Shown one piece after another: positions 1-8,542 of a stretch of DNA of 64,000 nucleotides. The stretch is from Bacillota bacterium (GTDB lineage: Bacteria > Bacillota_I > Bacilli_A > ML615J-28 > CAG-698), in the NCBI GenBank assembly GCA_016280895.1, contig JAEEHM010000112.1:6713-70712 (forward strand). The letters run 5' to 3'. Position numbers and translations under genes: made by a program. The notes beneath the pieces are model-generated. The model was not told the origin of the DNA. It saw nothing but the letters and a program-made list of their open reading frames with translations, and searched no databases. Within the stretch, counting starts at the first letter, position 1; every line of letters begins with the position of its first letter.

Positions 1-263
1 AAATCATCAGTGATACTATTTTAGAATATTATAAGATAGCATCTGACTTTTCAATGGCTAAAATCTCTATTGGAAATGATTTTGAAGAAAAAACAATTTT
101 AGATTTAGATGTTAGAAATAAATTTGATATCAATATCGTTGGTATTACTAGAAATAATGTATTTTTCCCAGCTAAAGCTAATGATATTATCAAACAAGGT
201 GATATTTTAACTGTCTTTGGTAAATCAGCAAAGATTAATAAATTTGACCGTTTCTTGAATTAA
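1..263 (+). CDS. K+ transport regulatory subunit (TrkA/KtrA family), C-terminal TrkA-C domain; 5' partial
   Basis: The frame of ORF 54..263 stays open back to the window edge. The sequence ...NIVGITRNNVFFPAKANDIIKQGDILTVFG... is typical of a TrkA-C/RCK_C domain. Confidence 0.55.
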   Translation, partial: IISDTILEYYKIASDFSMAKISIGNDFEEKTILDLDVRNKFDINIVGITRNNVFFPAKANDIIKQGDILTVFGKSAKINKFDRFLN

Positions 264-288
264 AAAAGCTTATTATTAAGCTTTTTTA
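264..288 (+). terminator. rho-independent terminator
   Basis: Stem AAGCTTA / TAAGCTT followed by a T-run, directly after the TAA stop. Confidence 0.7.
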
Positions 289-347
289 ATTTTTTTATTT
301 TATTTTAAAGTAAATAATGATAAAATAATATCAATTGGAGTAAACTT

Positions 348-1853
348 ATGATTTTTAATTTAATATCTTTAAAAAACTATGAAAGTAAAATTGATGAATA
401 TAGTTTTGATGATTTAGGTCTTAAAACATTATTTGATGATTTTTATGACCATAATTGGCAAGATCTATATCAGGTTTTAGAATATATTGCACCTGTCAAT
501 GAAATTAAGAAAAGACAAGCAATCTTTACTGATTTTTTAAATGATAGTGAAGAAAAGCTTAAAGTATTTAAGAGAGCCTTAGAAGAATTAAGAGATGCTT
601 ATAAGAATTTCTTAAGTATTGATGGTGGTTTAAAATCTTATTTGTTGTTTGTGCAATACATTGAAAAACTGATTAATTTCATTGATACTGGAAATAATGT
701 TTTAACAAGTCTTGATTTAAAAGCAGAAGAAATGATTAATATGAGGAACTTTTTTACCCAAAAAGAACAAGATGAATTCTTCATTAAATTAAAAGCTGAT
801 TATGAATCAGCTTGCCTTGCTTGTCAAAAGATGGGTGAAATGATGGTATCCTATGTAACTGGTGATGCCTTCATTAAAACTGCTAAGGTAAAAGATGGAA
901 ATATTGATCTTTTAAAATCAATTGAAGATTTAATGGATAGATTAAATATTCCAAGAATGGAAAGAGAAGCTAATTTAACTCGTCATGAGTTAGATGCTTA
1001 TTATTTTAATCGTCTTGATTATATTTATCCAAATGAATCAAAGGTTTTAAAAGAATTCCATGATAAATATAGTGATAAAATCAAATATGATTATGATACT
1101 TTATCTACAGAACTAAATTTCTATTTAAAGATTAAATTATTATTTGATCATGCTAAAGAAAAGAATGTGTTATATTCCAAAGCAATCATCAATGAAGAAT
1201 ATAATACTGATATCCATGATTTATCAGATATCACAATCATTAATAAGGTTGATTATATTCAATCAAATGATTTCCATTATGATTTATATCATCATATTCA
1301 AATTGTAACTGGTGCTAATGGTGGTGGTAAAACAACATATCTTAGAAGTGTTGGTGCCAATTATGTATTCTTTTCATCTTTAGGCTATACTTTCTCTAAA
1401 GATGCTTGTATTAAACCAATTAAGTATTTATGTACACATTTTCCAAATGATGAAAATTATCAAGTTGGCTATGGTAGATTACAAGATGAAATTAAAAGAA
1501 TTGATTATGTAAGAAATAGACTTTCTAAGGATTGTTTGTACTTGATGAATGAAACATTCTCATCAACTGATGAAGATACTGCTTTTAAAGAATCTAAGAA
1601 ATTATTTAAAGAATTAGAAGAAAAAGAAGTGAATGTAGTATTTATCACTCACCAACAATTATTACTACAATATATCGATAGAGAAAAGGTCATTTTATTA
1701 AATCCAATTGTTGATGTGGATGATAATAACAGAAGAACATTTAAAATTAGAAGAGTAGAAAATGAAATACATGCTTTTGCGAATGATATTTTAAGAAAAT
1801 ATGGATTATCTAAAGAAATATTAGATAAGAAAAGGAGAGAAAAAGATGTTTAG
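348..1853 (+). CDS. MutS-domain-V family ATPase (MutS-related, no mismatch-binding domain)
   Basis: Walker A TGANGGGKTTYLRSVG and MutS-type Walker B LYLMNETFSSTDEDTA. At 501 aa it has only the core and ATPase regions. Confidence 0.7.
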   Translation: MIFNLISLKNYESKIDEYSFDDLGLKTLFDDFYDHNWQDLYQVLEYIAPVNEIKKRQAIFTDFLNDSEEKLKVFKRALEELRDAYKNFLSIDGGLKSYLLFVQYIEKLINFIDTGNNVLTSLDLKAEEMINMRNFFTQKEQDEFFIKLKADYESACLACQKMGEMMVSYVTGDAFIKTAKVKDGNIDLLKSIEDLMDRLNIPRMEREANLTRHELDAYYFNRLDYIYPNESKVLKEFHDKYSDKIKYDYDTLSTELNFYLKIKLLFDHAKEKNVLYSKAIINEEYNTDIHDLSDITIINKVDYIQSNDFHYDLYHHIQIVTGANGGGKTTYLRSVGANYVFFSSLGYTFSKDACIKPIKYLCTHFPNDENYQVGYGRLQDEIKRIDYVRNRLSKDCLYLMNETFSSTDEDTAFKESKKLFKELEEKEVNVVFITHQQLLLQYIDREKVILLNPIVDVDDNNRRTFKIRRVENEIHAFANDILRKYGLSKEILDKKRREKDV

Positions 1854-3336
1854 TTTTTTAAGCCCTTATCCTAAAAAATTAGGTAAAACACATTCTAGTT
1901 TAAATGACCTACATATCGATGAACTCGTGGAGATTGTTGAAAAAGATAAGGATGAAAGATTATATATTCTAAACATCCTAGCTGATTTTGAACAAAATCC
2001 TGATAATCTATATTATCGTCAAGAAGTATTAAAGGATTTCTTTAATATTAATCATTTATATGAAGATTTAGAAAACTTCTTTAAAAGATCAGTAAATGTT
2101 GGTGATTTTTATCGTGCTGTAAAGAAAGAAAAAGTTAGTGTTCAAAAATTCTTTTCAACATACAACATGGAAAATTATGATACTATTGGTACTTTAGTTC
2201 GTCAATATGCTGATAGCCTAATGCAAGTAATTAGACTTTATAAGGATATTTATAAGTTCTTAAAAGAGCGAGATTTTAAATCAGAAGGTCTACAATCATT
2301 TAGAAATATCATCATTGAAAAGGTAGAAAATCCCGCAATTGATGAATTGTATGCATTAATGGAAAAGATTATATCTTTAAAATCTACTTATGATATGTTG
2401 ATTATATTAAATAATCGTTTCCAAGTAATTGACACAAAGATTATTTTAAATTATGTAAAAGAAAAAGAAGAATTCCGTTTGTTTAAGAGAAAAAAAGAAT
2501 GGGAAACTACTAATGTAGATGTCAATGAAAAAACATTATTTGAGATGGATTTCTTTATTACAAGTGCTAGCATTAAAATCATTGATAGATTATCAATCAC
2601 ATTTGAAAATTTCTTTGATGTCTTCTCTAGTACTGCAAGTGAAATGATTTTCATTAAATTTGCGCTTGATTATAAATATTTACTTGATAAATTAAATATT
2701 AAATATGTATTTCCAAAATTCAATTTTGAAGAAACTGAATATAAAGCCTTATGTGATCCATATTTAGCTTTAAAAGCTTATGATGAAAGTGGCAAAAAGA
2801 TTAAATTAACCGCAAATGATTTCTACAAAAATAAAGAAGATGGTGGCGTTTTAGTAGTAGGTGAGAATAATACTGGTAAGACTGTTTATACAAGAAGTCT
2901 TGGAATTAACCAAATATTTGCGCAAAGTGGTTTGATGTTAACCTGTGATAGTGCTAATATTAAATTGAATAATCAAATTATTACCTGCTATGCATCTAAG
3001 GAGAGCCATGAATTTGATGGTGGTAGATTTGAAACTGAAGTTAGAGCTTTAAAATATATTTTGGATGAAGCTGATGACAACACAATGATTATCGTAAATG
3101 AAATATTCCAATCAACTGCTGCTGATGAAGGTACAAGTGCCTTATATAATGTACTTTCTTATATGACATTTTCTAATATTTCTTGGATTTGCGTAAGCCA
3201 TTTCTTAGATTTAGGTCATATGAAAAATAATTTCTTTACTGATAATAAGAAGAATATTCACCTTATGAAAACAAGACATTATATTGAAAATGGTATTGAA
3301 TATTTCTATATTGACACAATTGATGAAATGAAATAA
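1846..3336 (+). CDS. MutS-domain-V family ATPase, paralogue of the upstream gene
   Basis: VVGENNTGKTVYTRSLGINQIFAQSG and MIIVNEIFQSTAADEG motifs. It overlaps the upstream gene by 8 nt (ATGTTTAG). Confidence 0.7.
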   Translation: MFSFLSPYPKKLGKTHSSLNDLHIDELVEIVEKDKDERLYILNILADFEQNPDNLYYRQEVLKDFFNINHLYEDLENFFKRSVNVGDFYRAVKKEKVSVQKFFSTYNMENYDTIGTLVRQYADSLMQVIRLYKDIYKFLKERDFKSEGLQSFRNIIIEKVENPAIDELYALMEKIISLKSTYDMLIILNNRFQVIDTKIILNYVKEKEEFRLFKRKKEWETTNVDVNEKTLFEMDFFITSASIKIIDRLSITFENFFDVFSSTASEMIFIKFALDYKYLLDKLNIKYVFPKFNFEETEYKALCDPYLALKAYDESGKKIKLTANDFYKNKEDGGVLVVGENNTGKTVYTRSLGINQIFAQSGLMLTCDSANIKLNNQIITCYASKESHEFDGGRFETEVRALKYILDEADDNTMIIVNEIFQSTAADEGTSALYNVLSYMTFSNISWICVSHFLDLGHMKNNFFTDNKKNIHLMKTRHYIENGIEYFYIDTIDEMK

Positions 3337-3411
3337 GTGGTAAAAACGTTTTACCACTTTTTTTATTTTTCATACTGTGCTAAAATATATAAAAATTAAG
3401 GAGATATTCGT

Positions 3412-4122
3412 ATGAATGATTTCTATGATGGTATAAAAAAGAGCATTCCTATAGGGCTTGGCTATTTAGCGGTGTCATTTACTTTTGGTATATATTGCGT
3501 TAACAATGGTCTTCCTGCCCTTGCAGCAACTATTATGTCACTTACTAATTTAAGTTCAACTGGACAATTTGTTGGTGCTGATTTAATAATAAGGATGGCT
3601 AGTTATTTAGAACTTGCTCTTGTAGTATTTGTAGTAAATTTAAGATACATCCTAATGTCAATTTCTATGTCACAACATTTAGATAAGGATGTTGAATTAA
3701 AAGATAAGCTCATCTTTAGCTTTGCGATTACTGATGAAATATATGCTGTCGCTATAAAAGAAAAGAAGAAAATCAATGCGAAATTTATGTTTGGGATGAT
3801 GATCTTACCAATTCTTGGCTGGACCTTAGGCACACTACTTGGTGCTATAGCATCTAACATCTTCCCAAGTAGTATTTCTGCAAGCTTTAATATTGCGCTT
3901 TATGCGATGTTCATTTCCGCTTTTTTTCCTGAAGTTATTAAGAATTTCAAAATCGCATTTGTGGTTATAACATCAATAATTTTATCTTGCTTGTTTTATT
4001 ATATTCCTTTCTTAAATGAACATATTTCTTCTGGATTTAAAATTATCATTATCACCTTCTTTGTGTGTGGTCTTGCTGCTATTTTATTTCCAAAAGAAGA
4101 AGATAAGGAGGAAGAACAATGA
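3412..4122 (+). CDS. azlC: AzlC-family branched-chain amino acid exporter subunit
   Basis: 236 aa polytopic membrane protein with an AzlC-like N-terminus (IPIGLGYLAVSFTFG). It is coupled by an ATGA overlap to a ~100 aa AzlD-like partner. Confidence 0.75.
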   Translation: MNDFYDGIKKSIPIGLGYLAVSFTFGIYCVNNGLPALAATIMSLTNLSSTGQFVGADLIIRMASYLELALVVFVVNLRYILMSISMSQHLDKDVELKDKLIFSFAITDEIYAVAIKEKKKINAKFMFGMMILPILGWTLGTLLGAIASNIFPSSISASFNIALYAMFISAFFPEVIKNFKIAFVVITSIILSCLFYYIPFLNEHISSGFKIIIITFFVCGLAAILFPKEEDKEEEQ

Positions 4123-4424
4123 TTTATATAATTCTATGTTTAGTGATTATGGCTCTTGTTACTTATCTTCCTCGTGTAATTCCAATTTGCGTCTTTAAGA
4201 ATGAAATTAAATCAAAATTCATTAAATCATTCTTATATTATATGCCGTATTCAGTATTAGCTGCATTAACATATCCAGCAATATTTTATGCGACAGGTAA
4301 TATTTATGTTGGCATTATTACTAGCCTTGTGATTTCTATTCTTTCTTTATTTAAGAAAATTAATATGATATTGCTGGTATTAATTGCTGTTATTGTAGCT
4401 TTTTCTTTATCATTTTTATTTTAA
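4119..4424 (+). CDS. azlD: AzlD-family branched-chain amino acid transport protein
   Basis: 101 aa hydrophobic protein (LVTYLPRVIPI... motif), overlapping azlC by ATGA. Confidence 0.7.
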   Translation: MIYIILCLVIMALVTYLPRVIPICVFKNEIKSKFIKSFLYYMPYSVLAALTYPAIFYATGNIYVGIITSLVISILSLFKKINMILLVLIAVIVAFSLSFLF

Positions 4425-4436
4425 AATATTAAAAAT

Positions 4437-4461
4437 GGCCAAAAAAATTTGGCCTTTTTTT
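4437..4461 (+). terminator. rho-independent terminator after azlD
   Basis: Stem GGCCAAA / TTTGGCC followed by T7. Confidence 0.75.
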
Positions 4462-4487
4462 ATGGAATATTAAAAATTTGAAAAACT

Positions 4488-4619
4488 AATGAAAATTTTC
4501 ATAATTTTAAAAAAATGAAAGAAAAAAGCGATATTTTATTTAAAAATGAAAGAATAATTATTAATTTTTTAAAAAATGAAAAATATTTTGAAATATTTTA
4601 AAAAAATGAAAGAAAATCC
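4488..4619 (+). repeat. Four to five phased degenerate repeats, (T)TTAAAAAAATGAAAGAAAA, at ~30 bp spacing
   Basis: ATGAAA cores lie at about 4488, 4515, 4546, 4576 and 4606. The spacings are 26-31 bp, and the array ends at the -35 of the glutamine synthetase promoter. Confidence 0.7.
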
Positions 4620-4649
4620 TTGAAATTGAATATTAAATAGATGTATAAT
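4620..4649 (+). promoter_or_regulatory. sigmaA-type promoter of the glutamine synthetase gene
   Basis: TTGAAA (4620-4625), an 18 nt spacer, then TATAAT (4644-4649). An SD sequence GGAGG follows upstream of the ATG at 4679. Confidence 0.6.
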
Positions 4650-4678
4650 AATATCATATTATTTGGAGGTTAGAAATT

Positions 4679-6787
4679 ATGATTAAAGACGCAATTTCTG
4701 ATATTTTTGGTATAAATGTGTTTGATGATGAAAAACAAAAAAAGTTTTTAAAAGAAGATGTTTACCTTTCTTTAAAGAAAACAATTGAAGAAAATGGAGA
4801 GCTTGATCGTAGTATTGCTGATGAAGTTGCTGAAGGAATGAAGAATTGGGCGATATCAAGAGGTGCTACGCATTTTTGTCATTGGTTCCAACCTCTAAAT
4901 GGAATAACAGCAGAAAAGCATGAATCTTTTATTGATCCAATTGGTGATGGAAAGGTAATAATGTCATTTTCTGGAAAAGAATTATTGAAAGGTGAACCTG
5001 ATGCATCAAGCTTTCCAAGTGGTGGTATTAGAGCAACATTTGAAGCGAGAGGTTATACATCATGGGATTGTACATCACCTGCATTCTTAAAAGAAGATGA
5101 ATCAGGCTTACTTTTATGTATTCCTACAGTTTTTTGTAGCTATACTGGTGAGGCCTTAGATAAAAAGACACCACTACTTAGATCTAATGCTGCCCTTGAC
5201 AAACAAGTTAAAAGAATTCTAAAATTGTTTGGGAATGATAAGGTGAAAAAGGTTGAATGTAGTGTTGGTGCTGAACAAGAATATTTTTTAGTAGATCACG
5301 ATAAATATATGGCACGTGAAGACTTGATTTTCACAAGAAGAACCTTATTTGGCCGTCCTGCCCCTAAGGGACAAGAGATGGATGATCATTATTTTGGTGC
5401 GATTAATGAACGTGTTTCTAAATATATGCGTGAGGTAAATAATGAACTATGGAAACTTGGAATCAATGCGAAAGCTGAACATAATGAGGTTGCTCCTCAT
5501 CAACATGAGCTTGCTCCTGTTTATACTAAGGTAAATGTTGCAACAGATCAAAACCAATTAACAATGGAAGTAATGAAGAAGGTCGCAAAGCATCATCATT
5601 TTGAATGTTTACTTCATGAAAAACCATTTGCAGGTGTTAATGGTTCTGGTAAACATAATAACTGGAGTATATCTACCGATGATGGTAAGAACTTACTTGA
5701 ACCAGGTAGTACACCTCATGAAAATGCGCAATTCCTATTATTCTTAAGTGCAGTTATTAAAGCAGTAGATGAAAATGCGTTACTTCTTAGACTCTCTGCA
5801 TCTAGTCCAGGAAATGATCATCGTTTAGGTGCTGATGAGGCTCCTCCTGCAATTATTTCAATTTTCTTAGGTGATCAATTAAGTGATATTGTTCGTCAAA
5901 TTATTAAAAATGGTGCAGCTTCTACATCTAAATTCTCATCAAAGCTCGATATCGGTGTACATACATTACCACCAATCGCGCGCGATAATACCGATAGAAA
6001 TAGGACAAGTCCATTTGCGTTTACTGGTAATAAATTCGAATTTAGAATGTTAGGCTCTTCCTTATCAATAGCAGAAGTTAATACTACCTTAAATGTATGT
6101 GTTGCTAAAGTATTAAAGGAATATGCTGATTATTTAGAAAAAGCAAATGATTTTACCAAAGCTTTAAGAAAGGTAATTAGAAATACCTTAGTAAAACATC
6201 AAAGAATTATCTTTGATGGCAATGGTTATTCTAAAGAATGGATTGAAGAAGCAGCAAGAAGAGGCCTTCCTAACGCAAAAACTTATATTGACGCAATATC
6301 GGCTTTGACTGATGAACAAACAATCAAAATGTATGCTGATTTTAAGGTCTTAAGTGAAGATGAACTTAGAAGTAGAGCTGAAGTTGATTATAAGGAATAT
6401 ACAAACACAATAAATATTGAAGCTAACACAATGATTGATATGACAAACAGACAATATCTTCCATCAGTACTTAAATATTTAAAGGATTTAAGCTCATCTT
6501 ATAATGAAATGAAAAATGCTGATTTAACACTTAATATTAATTCATTAAAAGATAGAATTATCTATTTAAATGATTTATATAATAAAACAGCAATTAAACT
6601 TGATGAATTAATAAGTGAAAGATTGATAGTATCTAAATTAGATGGTATTGAACAAGCATTCGCTTATCGTGATAATATTGTTCCAATAATGAAGGATTTG
6701 CGTGCCTTAGTAGATGAGATGGAAGGAATCGTGGATGCTAATTATTGGCCGGTTCCTACATATGCATCACTTTTATATGATAATTAA
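4679..6787 (+). CDS. glnN: Glutamine synthetase, type III
   Basis: 702 aa, the size expected for GS-III. It has a GS-III N-terminal region (WAISRGATHFCHWFQPL) and catalytic-domain motifs (EHNEVAPHQHELAP, KPFAGVNGSGKHNNWS). Confidence 0.9.
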   Translation: MIKDAISDIFGINVFDDEKQKKFLKEDVYLSLKKTIEENGELDRSIADEVAEGMKNWAISRGATHFCHWFQPLNGITAEKHESFIDPIGDGKVIMSFSGKELLKGEPDASSFPSGGIRATFEARGYTSWDCTSPAFLKEDESGLLLCIPTVFCSYTGEALDKKTPLLRSNAALDKQVKRILKLFGNDKVKKVECSVGAEQEYFLVDHDKYMAREDLIFTRRTLFGRPAPKGQEMDDHYFGAINERVSKYMREVNNELWKLGINAKAEHNEVAPHQHELAPVYTKVNVATDQNQLTMEVMKKVAKHHHFECLLHEKPFAGVNGSGKHNNWSISTDDGKNLLEPGSTPHENAQFLLFLSAVIKAVDENALLLRLSASSPGNDHRLGADEAPPAIISIFLGDQLSDIVRQIIKNGAASTSKFSSKLDIGVHTLPPIARDNTDRNRTSPFAFTGNKFEFRMLGSSLSIAEVNTTLNVCVAKVLKEYADYLEKANDFTKALRKVIRNTLVKHQRIIFDGNGYSKEWIEEAARRGLPNAKTYIDAISALTDEQTIKMYADFKVLSEDELRSRAEVDYKEYTNTINIEANTMIDMTNRQYLPSVLKYLKDLSSSYNEMKNADLTLNINSLKDRIIYLNDLYNKTAIKLDELISERLIVSKLDGIEQAFAYRDNIVPIMKDLRALVDEMEGIVDANYWPVPTYASLLYDN

Positions 6788-6841
6788 TAGCTTTTAATAA
6801 TGCTATTAATATGGTATAATAATAGTTAAGTGAGGTAAATT

Positions 6842-7333
6842 ATGAAAGAAGCATATTTTGGTGGTGGCTGTTTTTGGTGCATTTCTTATGTATATGAATC
6901 ATTAAATGGTGTTAAAGATATTATTAGTGGCTTTAGTGGTGGAAGTGAAATAAACCCAACATATGAAGAAGTAAAAGCTCAAGAAACCACTCATCGTGAA
7001 ACAATTAAAATTATATATGATGAAAATATTGTATCTTATGAAAAATTATTTAAAATCTTTTTAGATAATGTTGATCCATTTGATGAAGGTGGTCAATTTA
7101 TTGATCGTGGACGTTCATATACTTTGGCAGTATTTTATAATAATGATTATGAAAAAGAAATAGCAGCTAAATTAATTAATGATTTAGAGAAAAAAGAAAA
7201 TAAAAAAGCTTATATTTCTTTAGAAAAATTTAATACATTTTATGAAGCAGAAGAATATCATCAACATTACGCTTTAAAGAATAAAGAAGCATTTGAAGAA
7301 GAACTGCTTGCATCAGGAAGGAAGAAAAAATGA
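6842..7333 (+). CDS. msrA: Peptide-methionine (S)-S-oxide reductase
   Basis: GGGCFWC active-site motif at the N-terminus; 163 aa. Confidence 0.9.
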   Translation: MKEAYFGGGCFWCISYVYESLNGVKDIISGFSGGSEINPTYEEVKAQETTHRETIKIIYDENIVSYEKLFKIFLDNVDPFDEGGQFIDRGRSYTLAVFYNNDYEKEIAAKLINDLEKKENKKAYISLEKFNTFYEAEEYHQHYALKNKEAFEEELLASGRKKK

Positions 7334-7872
7334 AAAAATTCATAAGTATTTTAATTATCTTTATCTTATTATTCTTATTTGGATGTAAATCAAATAATAA
7401 TAGCAATGATAATAATAAAAATGAAGATAAAAAAGCAGATGAAGGCTATATCGATTTTGGTGAATTAGTTGATGCTGATGCAAAATATCTTTATATTAGA
7501 AAATTAGGTGACAAACAATTAAAAATATTGTTGGAAGATAATGATTGTGCTAAAGCAGTTTTAGCTTTTGCGGAAAATGCGCCAAAGAAAGAATTTGGTT
7601 TAGTTGGTCCTAGATATCATGATTATTATTTAAGTGTTAAATGTAATCAAAGCTTTGAACATGATGATAAAGAATACACATTTGCAGTTGGTGATGTTCT
7701 ACTTAGTGGACGTAATATTATCGTAATATATGATGTTTCAAGTGAAGTAAGCACTATGTTTTGTACAAAAATTGGAAAAATTGTTGGGATAAGTAAGGAA
7801 GATCTTAAAGAATATTTTAATCCAGAAACATCCCATGGTGATTTAGCAATTTCTTCAACATTAAATGAATAA
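7330..7872 (+). CDS. Lipoprotein of unknown function
   Basis: Signal peptide with lipobox LFGC followed by an N/D-rich linker. ATGA overlap with msrA. Confidence 0.6.
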   Translation: MKKFISILIIFILLFLFGCKSNNNSNDNNKNEDKKADEGYIDFGELVDADAKYLYIRKLGDKQLKILLEDNDCAKAVLAFAENAPKKEFGLVGPRYHDYYLSVKCNQSFEHDDKEYTFAVGDVLLSGRNIIVIYDVSSEVSTMFCTKIGKIVGISKEDLKEYFNPETSHGDLAISSTLNE

Positions 7873-7965
7873 AATGAAAAAAGAAAAAGAAAATGCATAC
7901 AATTTCGCATTTTCCTTTTTTTTATTGAAAAATAATGATATAATATATTGGTATAGTGGGGTATT

Positions 7966-8538
7966 ATGGAAAGAAAAGTAGATAGAATTATATATGGAGG
8001 TGCCTTTAATCCTCCAACAATAGCTCATAAAAGAATTGGTATGTATTTATGTAATAAGTACAAAGATGCTTTAATTCTTTATATGCCAACAAATTCTTTT
8101 TATAATAAGGATGATTTAATTTCCTTTAATGATCGCTTCGAAATGACTAAATTATTAGTTAAAGATTTAGGTGATAAAGTAGCTGTTTCTAATTATGAAG
8201 GAGAAGAACATAAATTCAGTGGCACTTATTACACTTTAAAAGAATTTGGCAATCCATATTTTGTGATTGGTGCTGATGCTCTACAAAATTTATCTACTTG
8301 GATTAAGGGTGAAGATTTAATAAAAGAAAATAATTTTATCGTATTCCCACGTAGTGGTTTTAATATTAAGGAAATATTTAATCAAAAAATATTAAAAGAT
8401 AATATTGACCATTTTATTGTAATTGATGATTATCAAGAAGATGATATTTCATCTACTACATACAGAAATGAAAAAGATAAGGCTGTACTTACAAAAGAAG
8501 TATATGATTATATAAAAAAGAAAGGATTATATAGGTGA
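7966..8538 (+). CDS. nadD: Nicotinate-nucleotide adenylyltransferase
   Basis: YGGAFNPPTIAH (the (H/T)xGH nucleotidyltransferase motif); 190 aa; adjacent to nadE. Confidence 0.85.
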   Translation: MERKVDRIIYGGAFNPPTIAHKRIGMYLCNKYKDALILYMPTNSFYNKDDLISFNDRFEMTKLLVKDLGDKVAVSNYEGEEHKFSGTYYTLKEFGNPYFVIGADALQNLSTWIKGEDLIKENNFIVFPRSGFNIKEIFNQKILKDNIDHFIVIDDYQEDDISSTTYRNEKDKAVLTKEVYDYIKKKGLYR

Positions 8539-8542
8539 TACT

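Noticed and set aside
4488-4619. The repeats upstream of the glutamine synthetase gene as a CRISPR array or as coding sequence (each contains ATGAAAGAA)
   Set aside because: The units are too short and degenerate, have no unique spacers, and no cas genes are nearby. The ATG-initiated frames hit stops within a few codons.
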